DNA of 64,000 nt, taken from Scyliorhinus canicula. Lineage: Eukaryota. Shown one piece after another: positions 37,693 through 49,272 of the stretch. The number at the start of each line of letters is the position of its first letter. Position 1 is the stretch's first letter. The stretch is taken from the NCBI RefSeq assembly GCF_902713615.1, contig NC_052151.1:133223455-133287454 (forward strand), in the 5' to 3' direction. The notes below the pieces were generated by a model, which worked only from the letters and a program-made list of their open reading frames with translations, ran no database searches and was not told the DNA's origin. Both the position numbers and the translations under genes were made by a program.

Positions 37693-38227
37693 CGGGGTTT
37701 TTCTACTAGTCATTTAATCTCCTGTTAAGGGGAAGCTCCGCCCCCTCATTACCGGGAAGCCCGTATTCAGTGGAAGCTATGGGGAATCTGATAGTCCTGA
37801 TGCAGTGACCTCCATGAGAATTATAACAAACTCCCTGCAGTGTTTAAGTGTTTAATACAGTTAACCATGTCAATTTCTTTCAGTCATCCAGTCAGAGAAA
37901 GTACACAAGCAGATTTTGGTTCTAATTGTTCAATGCAGTCAAGGCATTATCAGACCAGCATCAACATCTCTGGATTCACCAAGGATTTATCCTTTCCTAC
38001 ATATCTACTTCATGCTGTCCCTTTGTGACATTAGCTACAGATGCAGAGTCAGCTTCCAAATTTGATTTGATGTCACCCAGTCTTATCCATTCACCAGCTC
38101 CTTCGCTCCAGAACCAACTCTGTGCATTCAATCCACCAGTCTGACTTTAACTATGGATGAGCAAAATATTCTTCCAACTTATTTTTCTGGGAGGTGAAGA
38201 GAAAATATGCTGTTTTGTTAACATTAT

Positions 38228-38417
38228 GGGTGGGATTGTCCACTCCCCCATCCCCGTGTTTCTCTCAGCACACTGCTGGCTGGTGGCAGGATTCTCTACT
38301 CTCACCGCTTGTCAATGGGATTTCCCATTGAAGCCGCCCTGTGCTGCTGGTAAACCCATGAGCGGGATTGCGCTGCCAGCAGGAAAAGTGAATCACAACA
38401 GCTGCAAAATTCCAGTC
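38228..38417. mobile_element. Degenerate Harbinger-type MITE
   Basis: Ends GGGTGGGATT / AATTCCAGTC, TAT on both flanks, internal palindrome CAATGGGATTTCCCATTG. Confidence 0.5.
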
Positions 38418-38774
38418 TATAGGATTGATATCCTTGTTTACAGGATATTGTTGGTGAGTGGTGTTTATTTCTTACCTTGCAAGAGTTTTCAGGATCAGTG
38501 GGAAGTCTTGCAGTAATCTGTGACAGACACCCACAGCATTAAGGGTCCGACTTTAAAACTTGCCTTTTCCAGAAGCTGCAAATTGCAGTGTGGAAGCCTG
38601 CCTTTGTAGATGGGGTTGGAAATATCTGTGCCCCTTATCTGAGGAAGGATGTTCTTACTATAGACGGGGTGCAGAGAAGTTTTATCAGGCTGATTCCTGT
38701 GATGGTGGGACTGACGTATGAGGAAAGATTGAATCGGTTAGGATTATATTCGCTGGAGTTCAGAAGAATGTAAG

Positions 38775-39092
38775 GGGGTACAGTGACACAGTGGTTAGCA
38801 CTGCCGCATCACAGCACCAGGGACCTGGGTTCCCCTTGGGCGACTGTGTGAGACTTGCACGTTCTCCCCTATCTGTATGGGTTTCCTCTGGTTGCTTCAG
38901 TTTCCTCCCACAGTCCAAATATGTGCGGGTTAGGTGGATTGGCCATGGTAAATTGTTCCTTAGTGTCCAAAGATGTGCAGGTTAGTTTGGGATATGGGGA
39001 TAGGACTGGAGAGTGGGCCTGGGAAGGGTACTCTTTCAGAGAGTCGGTGCTGACTTGATGGGCCAAATAGCCTGCTTATGCACTCATAGAAT
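38775..39092 (+). mobile_element. HE1/V-type SINE
   Basis: Matches 21727-22073. Confidence 0.85.
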
Positions 39093-39416
39093 CCCTACTG
39101 TCAGAAGGAGGCAATTCAGTTCATCGAGTCTACACCGGCGCTCTGAAAGAGCACCCTATCTAGGCCCACTCTCCCACCCAATCCCTGTAACCCCAGAACC
39201 CCACCTAACCTTTGGACACTAAGGGACAATTTAGAATTGCCAATCCACACAACCCGCACATCTTTGGACTGTTGGAGGAAACCGGAGCACCCAGAGGAAA
39301 CCCACGCGGACACGGATAGAATGCACAACCTCAAAATAGACAGTCACCTAAGGTTGGAATTGAATCTGGGTCCCTGGCGCTGTAAGGGAGCCATGCTAAC
39401 CACTGTGCCACAGTGC
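39086..39416 (-). mobile_element. HE1/V-type SINE (tail-to-tail with the previous one)
   Basis: Reverse complement of the same family. Confidence 0.85.
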
Positions 39417-39819
39417 CACTGCCCTGTATCATTCTTTGATCTCATAGAAAGCTATAAAATTCTAACAGGATTAGACAGGGTGGATGCAAGAAGAAAGTTC
39501 CAGATGGTGGGGGTGTACAGAATTAAGGGACAAAGTGTGAGGATACGGGGTAGACCAGTTAGGACTGAGATGAGGAGAAATTAATTCACCCAGAGAGTTG
39601 TCGGCCTGTGGAAAGCAGTTGAGGTCAAAACATTGCATGTTTTCAAGCAGTTAATATAGCACTTGGGGATCAAAGGATATGGGGGGAAAGCGGGATTAGG
39701 CTATTTGGTTGGGTGATTAGCCATGGCCATAATGAAAGAAGGAGCAGGCTCGAAGGGCTGAGTGGCCTCCTTCTGCTCCTATTTTCTATATTTCTATGAT
39801 ATACAAGTTGTACCCACCA

Positions 39820-40115
39820 AAGGTTCTTTGACAGCACCTCCCAAACCTGTATCTCTACCATCTGCAAGGACAAGAGCAGAAAATGCATGCGACCACCACC
39901 ACCTGCAAGTTTTCCTCCAAGCCATACACCAACCTGACTTGGAATGATATCACATTCCTTCACTGCCACCAGGACAAATTCCTGGAACTCTCTTCCCAAC
40001 AACACTTTGGACGTATCTACACTAGATGGACTGCAGTGGTTCAAGAAGGGTAATTAGGGATGTGTGACAAATCCTGCCCTTTTCCAGCGATGCTCATATC
40101 CCATGAAAGAATAAA
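39820..40115 (+). mobile_element. LINE (CR1/L2 group) 3' end, tail type 3
   Basis: Degenerate SWNSLP...GLQWFKK segment followed by the tail shared with SINE 31370-31715. Another tail piece is on the minus strand at about 22710-22770. Confidence 0.65.
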
Positions 40116-40214
40116 CAAAGGATAGGGCCCAAAGCTGCCACTCGATAGCCAGGTACCATCATTGACACAGTGTTGGACTCCCAAGAGATTCTGGGTATGG
40201 GTTGGAAGTTATTT

Positions 40215-40559
40215 CATAGAATTTACAGTGCAGAAGGAGGCCATCCGGCCCATCGAGTCTGCACTGGCCCTTGGAAAGAGCACACTACCCAAGCCCACAC
40301 CTCCACCCTATCCAGATAACCCAGTAACGCCACCCAACACTAAGGGCAATTTTGGACACTAAGGGCAATTTAGCATGGCCAATCCACCTAACCTGCACAC
40401 CTTTGGACTGTGGGAGGAAATCGGAGCACCCGGAGGAAACCCACACAGACATGGGGAGAATGTGCAGACTCCGCACAGACAGTGACCCAAGCCGGGAATC
40501 GAACCTGGGACCCGGGAGTTGTGAAGCAATGTGCTACCCACTGTGCTACCGTGCTGCTC
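40215..40559 (-). mobile_element. HE1/V-type SINE
   Basis: Reverse complement of the 21727-22073 family. Confidence 0.9.
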
Positions 40560-41255
40560 TATAAGTTATACCCCCTATTCCATTCTCCCTCTTGATAACA
40601 TTGTTTGTGATAAATGGAGGTTCTAATTCCAACAGAAAGTCTCAGATAATCGAGTCCATTCCCAATTTACAAACCTATCACTGTATTCCTGCTGGGGTGA
40701 TGGCAAAAGTGCACCATAGAGCCTGCTGATTTTTGGCACCTTCTTCCAACTTTGCCTTTGGTCTGAAAGGCTGTTCTTTAGCAATGCGGTTTCCTGTGTT
40801 GTGACTCATACGATTCACTGCTTCTCCTACAGCTGCAAGTAAAAATGTTTAGATTGAACATCATGTTGATACTACATCACCCTCTCCTCTGAACATTATG
40901 TGATACTTTGATGCAGAACTAAGCTTTGGAGTCAGTACATGCTTTTGTGATTTTTAAAAAAAATCTCTATGAACACTTCTCCTTGTGGTTTGTACATTGC
41001 ATTAATGTAGTCACTGGATTTACACTGTGCAGAAACAACAGGATTTATTGAAATTCTCTTGTCTCTGAGAATTCTGGCAAAGTTTGCTGAATGCTGTCAA
41101 TGTTTTTTCTTCTCCTCTCTTTCTCAGGGTTCTGCCTCAGGCTGGAGTATGGTTCTACCAATGGCAGTGATTCAGATGGTCATTCTTCATGTGTGTCTGA
41201 CGGGTCAGTTGGGGTAATATTGTGACATTGCTTTCAATTGGAAATTTGGCCATAC

Positions 41256-41592
41256 CATAGAATAGAGAATCCCTACAGTGCAGAAGGAGGCCGTTTGGCC
41301 AAACGAGTCTGCAACGACCCTTCGAGAGACCACCATACCGAGGCTCAATCCCCCACCTTATCGCCTTATCCCTGTAACCCCACCCAACCTTTGGGCAATT
41401 AAGGGCGATTTAGCATGGCCAATCCACCTAACCTGCACATCTTTGGACTGGGGAGGAAACCGGAGCACCTGGAGGAAACCCCTCAAACTCGGGGAGAAAG
41501 TGCAAACTCTCCACACAGGCAGTAACGCAAGGTCGGAATTGAGCCCGGGACCCTGGCGCTGTGAGGCAGCAGTGCTAACCATTGTGCCACCG
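41256..41592 (-). mobile_element. HE1/V-type SINE
   Basis: Reverse complement of the 21727-22073 family. Confidence 0.85.
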
Positions 41593-41793
41593 TGTATGTT
41601 ACATACAACTTTCTGACCATGGTGATCATGTAAAGTGAGCATTGTAACTCCCAATATGGGCAAGAAATCTGTAAACATGTTGGTAGGTTTAATCTTCCAA
41701 GTTGTCAAATAGGCTAAGTTCAATCCTGTCATCATCGACTAACCATTAAAGTTTGCCAGTGAGTAATTTGGAGCAGGAATTCCAGATTGATTT

Positions 41794-42111
41794 TGTGTTA
41801 TTCTCTAAGTCTGAATAAAGATTGTATACTTCCAGTTAACACAAATACTTTATTCAATGGGTTTGTTCTGTTTCCAGAGCTTAACTAGATATAATACAGC
41901 CAAGAGGTATGACCAGTGAAGCTAAGGTAAGCTGCCTATGCTGAGCTGTCTCTGTCTGCTGCTGCTCACTAGCCCTGTGCTTCTGAAATAGGCGGATCCT
42001 CCCTTGGGCTGGATCCTTTATACCCGTTTCTGATGCTGTCCTCTAGTGATGCTGTGGCTGTTACATCTGTCTGTAGTCCCTGGTGTATGTGCAGATGTAC
42101 AGATCACTACA
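41794..42111 (-). repeat. 3' LTR
   Basis: Direct repeat of 45953-46282, with about 14 substitutions and one 12-bp indel by manual comparison. Confidence 0.95.
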
Positions 42112-43129
42112 TCCGCCCCCCCCTTTTAATGGACATGTTTTCTAGACTGGCCTCAAGAAAACTGTACATAACAAGTGGTCAGAATATGCAAATCTGCAGA
42201 CTGTGAAAATGATAAAATTAATACAGAAACAATTAACTGTGTTGTGAGTCCATCGTGAGAAATGTCCATATTCGTCTTGTGCGTGTGTTGAAGTGTCGTT
42301 ACAAATCTAGCCGGTCGGGTATCTTACGGCTTCTTCTGGAGCACCTTAACGGTGGTAGTAGGGATGATGGTTTGATGTCATCAAGAGTACTGTCTGGCGT
42401 TGTCTGGCGAGGAATGTCCTGTGGACAAATGGACTCGGTCAGGTCCAGTGTGGGAAATACTGGCGTTGTAGGTCGAATCTCTAATAGATCCCAGCGGTTA
42501 CAGCGAAAAAGTACTCCCGCAGATGATTTGACAATGTAGGACCGCGGTGCCTCCTGCCTGATCACCGTGGCTAACTCGGACCATCTGCCTTCTGGGTCCT
42601 TGATTCTGATGGTGTCACCTATTGTCAGTGGCTTGAGTGGGATCGCATGTTGATCGTAGTATAGTTTTTGTTTGGGGCATAGTGCCCGCATGTCGTCGAG
42701 AACCGGTGCGTTGCCGGGGTCTCGGAATTGCTTTGCCAGTCGGGTTGTCCGGATGTCTCTGCCGAAGAGCATTTGCGCTGGTGACAGTCCTGAGCTCAAT
42801 GGGGTTGCTCGGTACGATAACAGAGCTAGGTTGATGTCGGAATGTGACTCGGCTGCTTTGCTGATGAGTCATTTAATGATGTGGACATCTTTTTCCCCTG
42901 TTCCATTTGATTGCAGGTAGCGATTCTGTGTCGCACCATTGCCTGACCTCGACTTTTTCCTGTGTTTGTGGTATTGATTCTGTATATCATCGTTCGTGAA
43001 AGCTGTTTTGCTTGTTTATTCTGGAGCAGATGTGAATTTGTGAGATTCTTTATCATGCCATGGCATGCTCGTAGTCTTGTCATTGTTTCACAGTGTGCTG
43101 TGGCATTGTCCTTCACGTGCAGAGTTGTA

Positions 43130-43455
43130 CCATGTTGTACAGGTCATTGTTGTTGTTTCTGTCGTTTCTGTCTTTGTTGTTTTTGTTGTCTTTCTTGTTG
43201 TTTTTGTTGTTTCTGTCTTGGTTGTTTTTGTTGGCATTCTTGTTGTTGTTGTTCTTGTTATTCTTTTTGTCATGCTTGTTGATTCTGTTTTCGTTGTTTT
43301 TGCTTTATTCTTGTTCTTTTTCTTGTCATGCTTGTTGTTTCTGGAATGCTTCTTGTTCCTTTTGTCATTCTTGTTGCACTGCATGTTGTTTTTGTTGTTG
43401 CTGTTGTTGTTCTTGTTTCTGCTGTGCTTCTTGCAGTTTTTGTTGTTCTTGTGCT
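43130..43455. repeat. (TTG)-rich low-complexity tract
   Basis: Degenerate triplet repeat encoding N/K/T-rich sequence on the minus strand. Confidence 0.9.
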
Positions 43456-43629
43456 CAATGAGTGTGCCATGTGGATGATTTGAGCCATTGTCACAGTTAT
43501 TGGTGTCAGTGTCCTTTGTGGTATCTTCTAAATTGAGCACATCTTCTTGAGAATTGTGAGAATGATCTGATGTTGCATTGATGTTGGTGACATCAGTCAT
43601 TTGTGGTGGATTCGATTCCTATTCTTTGC

Positions 43630-43980
43630 TTACTTGGTACTCCTCTTCTACAGTCATTTCTGGTTCACACGAATCATCATTGATTTCTAGGTGCTCTTCT
43701 TTTGGAGTCATTTCAGGTTCACTTGAATTATCATTGATTTCTTGGTGCTCCTCTTTTGGAGTCATTTCAGGTTCATTTGAATCATCTGTGATCTCTTTGT
43801 GCTCCTTTTCTGGAGTCAAAATCTTCACAATTTTATTTTGTTGTGGGTCGTAGTACTCCTCTTCTGGAGTCAAAATCTTCAGGATTTCTATTGACGTGGT
43901 CTCTCTGGACTCTTGGTGCTCCTCATCTGGAGTCAAAATCTTCAGGATTTCAATTGAAATGGTCTCTCTGGACTCTTGGG
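43630..43980. repeat. 54-bp and 63-bp tandem repeats
   Basis: EI(T/N)DD..EPEMTPKEEH three times and QESRET.SIEILKILTP.EE twice on the minus strand. Confidence 0.85.
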
Positions 43981-44239
43981 TAGCCGTCCTCTGATTATTG
44001 AGTGCTTCTGTGCAGACAAGGTGAGATATGTCAGTCTCACTGTGATCCTGCACATCCTGTATGGGAATTGTGATTTCTTCGTCACTTGTCTCACATACAG
44101 TGGGTAGACATTCAGCGTCTTCATCTGGTGGCTCAAATAAGCTTGATAGATCTTCATGGTCTTGTACATGCATGACGTTCGCTATGGAGTATTTGCTTGC
44201 TTCCATTTATGAGTCTTTCACCGAGCTGTCTGTGGAGGC

Positions 44240-44430
44240 TTGCGTCACTCTCTTTGTGGAGTCCATCATCGCTCTCTCTGTGGAGTCTGTCATCGCTCTC
44301 TCTGTGGAGTCTGTCATCGCTCTCTCTGTGGAGTCTGTCATCACTCTCTTCGTGGAGTCGTGCAGTGTTCTCACTGTGCAGTCGACCTGTGCTCTCTCAA
44401 CAGAGTCATTCTGTGCTCTCTGTGTGGAAT
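44240..44430. repeat. 24-bp minisatellite
   Basis: GTCATCGCTCTCTCTGTGGAGTCT units, degenerating outward. Reads DSTERAMT on the minus strand. Confidence 0.9.
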
Positions 44431-45938
44431 CGTCTTCGTCTTGGTATTGCTGTCATCCAATGTGCCGACGATCTGCCATGGCACCATGGTATTGGATTCA
44501 TCTACCATGAGAAGAGTCGTATTGAGCTTTTCAACCACGTTGCTGATGCAGTGATCAGGATCTCCGAATAACTCAGCCATGTCTGAGCAGTATTGTGTGT
44601 ATTGTTCGTTGGACAAATCATCGCTTTTTGTTTCGGAGTTGTGATCGTTATCTTCATGTTCAATGAACAAATCATCTTCTTGTGTGGAGGCTGGGACCCT
44701 TTGTGGTGCGTGGACCACTCTCTGTTTCTTGGCGTCAGGCCGCAGCATAATCCTGCACTCACGAGTCGGGATGTCATATATGCTGGGCTGAAGATTCCCC
44801 ATTCCGAAGAACTCATCATCGGGGTCTTCACGGTACAACACCTCTAGTTGCAGTTCGGATTTGGTACTGGGGTAGCCATCTCCCAAGATGAAATCTTCGT
44901 CTGAGTCGTAGTCTACAAGGACCATATCATCTTCTAGGGCGGTGCTAACTGCTTGTTCCAGGGTGTTGTGAAAGTTAATTTCAACTGCTGGTGTAGGTTC
45001 GGGAATTGTTCTGTCTTTTGAGGCAAGAAAACTGGGTTTTGCAGCTTTAAATTTGTTTTAGTTCATTTTCGTGCATTTCCCTTTTAAGTGCACGTGGTCC
45101 TAGTCCTCTGATGTCATGCCGCTCTTGATGTCAGGCATAGGACTCGATTGCCCATGCGCACACCGAGTTTCCTGTACTGTGCCCTCTTTTCGCAACTGAG
45201 CATGTGCGGCTCCTTTCTCAAGATGGCTGCCGCTCAGAACCTCTGTCTTTCTTCGATTCAACCCTGCCTCCACTTTGTGGTGAGTGTTCACGCCATTTTT
45301 ACCAATTTTGTTTTCTAAATGATAATTCTGTGTTTGTAGAGACTCAAAGTACTGATTTTGTTTTTGTTCGTAAGCAAGGCATTTTTGTATAGCGATTTCT
45401 AGAGTTAGATACGTATTTTGTGAAAGTTCTTCCCTCAAATTTTTATCAAATAGTCCAGAAATTAATTGATGCATTATCACAATGTCTCTGAATTCAGCAT
45501 AATCACAGCCTTGTGGTATTAACTTGAAATTTGTAATAAAATCAGAGATAGGCCCTCCGTTTCTCTGACAAGAGTTACAGCGTTCAGCAAATATTTTTGA
45601 GTATAACATCTACTTTGGTGTTGTCCTCACCTTCTCAGTAATTAAAGCAATTATAGATTGCTCTAGCTTCATGCCCTCCTGTTGAGAGTAGTAGGGCTAT
45701 TTTTGTTGCGTCAGAGGCAGTGCTTAAATCATTAGCTGTGATAAATATTTGGAACAGCTGTTCAAATATTTTCCAATTATAACTTAAATTACCGGTTGTT
45801 TCCAGCTACCATGGAGTTCCAACAAGTTCCATCGAATCAGTTAGTTGTCGAGGATCCATTTGCTGCGAAGTCTTCCACAGCCAAATATCCGGTTTAAGTT
45901 TTTCTTCTCTTGCGGGTGTCTAGCTAGCTTTCTGAAAT

Positions 45939-45952
45939 CACTCCTGGTATCA
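45939..45952 (-). promoter_or_regulatory. Primer-binding site, tRNA-Leu(TAA)-like
   Basis: TGATACCAGGAGTG directly after the 5' LTR, one mismatch from the complement of a ...CACTCCTGGTACCA tRNA 3' end (tRNA identity recalled from memory). Confidence 0.7.
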
Positions 45953-46282
45953 TATGTTATTCTCTAAGTCTGAATAAAGATTGTAGACTTCCAGTTAACA
46001 CAAATACTTAATTCAATAGGTTTGTTCCGTTTCCAGAGCTTAACTAGATATAATACAGTCAAGAGGTATGACCAGTGAAGCTAAGGTAAGCTGCCTATGC
46101 TGAGCTGTCTCTGTCTGCTGCTGCTCACTAGCCCTGTGCTTCTGAAATAGGCGGCTCCTCCCTTGGGCTGGACCCTTTATACCCGTCACTGATGCTGCCC
46201 TCTAGTGATGCTGTGGCTGTTACATCTGTCTGTAGTCCTTGGTGTGTGTACAGATGTATGTACAGATGTACAGATCACTACA
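45953..46282 (-). repeat. 5' LTR
   Basis: Direct repeat of 41794-42111, adjacent to the PBS. Confidence 0.95.
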
Positions 46283-46731
46283 GATTTTTTTTCTGTCTAT
46301 CCAAGGGGCTATCCAAGGATAATGTACCTCCTTTCTCGTTGCCTTAGATGAGGTCATCGAATTAAGCATGGGCCAGTTATCCAGCCGGGGATTTTCCAGG
46401 TCTCTGACGCTCAATCACAATTTGGCAAGGAATTTACCACTGAGCCATCTGGGAGTTCATTTCATAATACAATCCAAACCCCAGAACACCCCTGGGTGGG
46501 ACATAATAATAACTATAAATTCACAATGATTGCAGACACTCCTAATTCTTAGCAGGAAACAGTTTGTCATAGCAACTTAAATTAAACAAGTGAGCTCAGC
46601 AGCGAACCAGATCAGAGGTTGAGGAAACAACTAAGGCAATTCATTTAAAAAAGAGCTGAGAAATATAATGAACTTAATTTAATCTCCCTTTAATCATAAT
46701 CACTTCCCTTCGGTAGCCAAAGAAAAAATAT

Positions 46732-47197
46732 GGGCGCGAGTCAACAGAAATACTTCAAAGTGTAATTTTGGGCGAGTTTGGTGGTATGTTGATTGACAGC
46801 CACATTGAAAATGACACTCCATTTGAGCCTCACCATTACTGGCTGTCTCACCATCTGATTCGCCAGACTGGTACCTCAGCATCTCACCGCTAGCAAGGGA
46901 GAGCTAAAAGGAGCACTAAATGACCTCTGCGTGATTTTTTTGCTGGGGAGTTGGTTAATTCCTGGGACGCCACTGCATTCGACTTCAATCTCGCTAATGA
47001 GATTGAAATGAATGCAAATCAGAGTAAATGATATTCTCACCATTTCTGTGCGTGCTCCGGAACTCACTATCGGTACTGGGCCGGGTGAATTGCAAACTGG
47101 TTCGCGCCTTGCGCGAATCTCCATTATGCCCTTTCCCAATATTTAACCAGAACGTCCAGATCCGCGCTGGGCCCAATGCGTTGGTTGAATTGCATCC
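46732..47197. mobile_element. Harbinger-type MITE
   Basis: Ends GGGCGCGAGTCAAC / GTTGAATTGCATCC with TAT on both flanks. Confidence 0.55.
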
Positions 47198-49272
47198 TAT
47201 ATCTGTTCATGAGGCAGACAGGCATAATTACTATTTGGAATTTAATGGGAGAAAAAGAACCAAACAGACAGACTCTTTTCAATAAGGCAAAAATAGTCAG
47301 GAATAGATAAGCTTCTTGCAGATGATTGGGACAGGCCAACTCCTGTGAGGGATGGAGAGAGAGCGCACAGTTGAGAAGACAAATCCCTGCGTAATGGCTA
47401 GTTCTGTTGAAGAAGCAGTACCCCGAAGCATTGACTGATTCTACAGAGGAAGGAGTTGCCCCGCCACTAGGGCTGAAGAAGAGGGTTGTGGGAATGATGC
47501 CATTTTGGTGAGTATCGGAACCCTGGGTTCCAATTTAGAGGCAGGAGCCAATTAGCCAATCAGGGGATCAGCAGCGCTCTTAGCAATTTAGCAATACCAC
47601 CACCAGCAGTGGCCATTGTGGGGACTGAGCCCGGAATAGATAGTTGTAACAATGGCTTTGTTGCCTTGAAATCAGTAAGTGGGATCTGGGGAAGCTGGGG
47701 CCAGGCCGGCAGGCTCCAGCGAGGGGGTTGCGGGGTTCCTAAGGACAGGTGGCACTGTTGCCATACAGTGACGACTATTGTTGAGCGAGTCGCTTCATGG
47801 GTTAAAGAATGGCTGCTTTCCCAAGCATTGGGCCTCTCGGCCATGGGTAAAATGCAAGCAGAGGCAGGAAGAGGCCCTTAAGCGGCTCAATTAGGGTGGG
47901 CAGGCCACACCCTGCCATTGGCTAAATTACATGACAGTGGTAAGATGTTAATCATGACACCTGATGCCTTTCCCTGTTATTTTTCCAGCTTTTCCGCCTC
48001 TGAGCCCATCCATGAAGGACTGGTAAAATTCAACCCATTTTCCCTGTTTCTCTCTCCACAGGTGCAAAGATCTCCTGAGTACGTTGGGATTATATAGGAG
48101 GAGATACGCCACAGAAACAGGCCATTTGATTCAACTAGTCCATACCGTTGTTTATGCTTCACTTGAGCCAGAGAGTGTTTTATTTCAGTTTTTCACTGTT
48201 AGCAGTACTTTGCTCTTACCTCTCGATATCCAACAATTCAGTCACACATGGTGACACACAGAGGTGACTTATGTTTGATTTTTCTTCATTGGTACGTGGG
48301 ATTATTACAGCTCAAATTTCCTATTCTAAATTTGTTAGTTTGACATGTGAGCAATTTAGAGAGTGAAACCTCCATTCCACCGTTGCATGCTTCAACAGCT
48401 TCTTATCTTTTTATATTACCCATTGCGTAACTGGCCATTCGACAATAATGTGACTTAGATCACTCACCCTATTCACCCTTTGGTGTTTCATAACATTCTA
48501 GAATCAATGAGGCGTAATCTCGGAGGAGATCAAATTCACTTGTGGATCAATAAAATCAGAAAGAATTTGATCCATTTAGACTACAGGATTTCAGTCTCCT
48601 TACACATTTAGAAAGAAGTAAAATGTAAATAATTAAAAGCATTATTTTCTTTTCAACAGTTGTTTGTCAGATAAATAGATGAGTCTCTTTTCAACATGAC
48701 AACTCATCAAAAGTTTAACTTCAGATTAATTCATTAATAATCTCTTGAAATATTTGGCAAATGGCCAAAGCTCTTTAGGATCCTCTTCATAATTACTCAG
48801 GAATGGCATTTGGAAAGGAAAATTTGAAGACATTGCCTCTGAGCTTCGTTTGCAATGCTTTCCTATTTATTTCTTAATGCTGTACAAACCAGCCATCAGA
48901 CCTGTGTTTTTTTCCACCCAGCAACTCACTGTTTCTGAGTAATTCATGCAGTTCTTAATGAGATTGTCACATTAGTGCTAATTGTTGTTAAATTGGCACC
49001 AATTAGGCAGTAGGTTTAGATTGACAAACTGCAAGCTATTTTATTTAGGGCCCATTGATGACAAAGAAGGGCTTTCGGTTTCGGTCATGAAGAGAGCAGT
49101 TTACTGATAAATGCAGCACCCAGTCTTCATGCAAATTGCAATTAACTGTGGGATACAGTTTATGTCCTCCAGGATGGTGTCTTTAAGCTGAAAAGGAATT
49201 AAATTCTGTGGCGTTTTCCCACTTATCAGTTGTAAGTTATACTTGAGAGATATGGGAACTCCAGAACACAGT

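Larger units (their letters stand above)
32430..37828 (-). mobile_element. Degenerate Gypsy LTR retrotransposon with nested insertions
   Basis: Related LTR remnants at about 32563-32750 and 37693-37828, PPT at 32751-32765. Gag (CGAPTYSLIKSL), protease (SMELDT), RT (YLDDVLITG, FLGLVNYYGKFIP), RNase H (LTCDASPY, EKNYAQI) and integrase segments in Gypsy order. Confidence 0.85.
38626..39797 (+). mobile_element. CR1 3' fragment interrupted by two SINEs
   Basis: APYLRKDVL..GVQR..YEERLNRLGLYSLEFRRM resumes as DLIESYKILTGLDRVD after the SINE pair. CR1 tail at about 39745-39797. Confidence 0.8.
42299..45859 (-). pseudogene. Decayed single ORF: Gag + acidic/Thr/Asn/Lys repeat region + integrase C-terminus
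   Basis: Gag motifs (TGNLSYNWKIFEQLF, KIALLLSTGG, ISDFITNFK, QLISGL). PR-RT linker remnant (FFGMGNL..IMLRPDAK..VVHAPQRVPAS). In-frame repeats. IN motifs (QSNG, LALLSYRATPL, SPAQMLFGRDIRT, PRSYIV, RLDL). Confidence 0.75.
41794..46282 (-). mobile_element. Complete non-autonomous Gypsy (Mag-like) LTR element: gag, repeat linker, integrase C-terminus; no PR/RT/RH
   Basis: LTRs 41794-42111 and 45953-46282, perfect TSD GATTT (41789-41793, 46283-46287), PBS TGATACCAGGAGTG (45939-45952) and PPT 42112-42128. Confidence 0.93.

Noticed and set aside
42962-43478. Hydrophobic or Cys-rich plus-strand ORFs suggesting membrane or env-like proteins
   Set aside because: Antisense translations of the (TTG)-rich tract; the minus frame is the one continuous with Gag and integrase.
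44240-44430. Regular repeats resembling a CRISPR array
   Set aside because: Head-to-tail units with no unique spacers, in a eukaryotic LTR element, with no cas genes.
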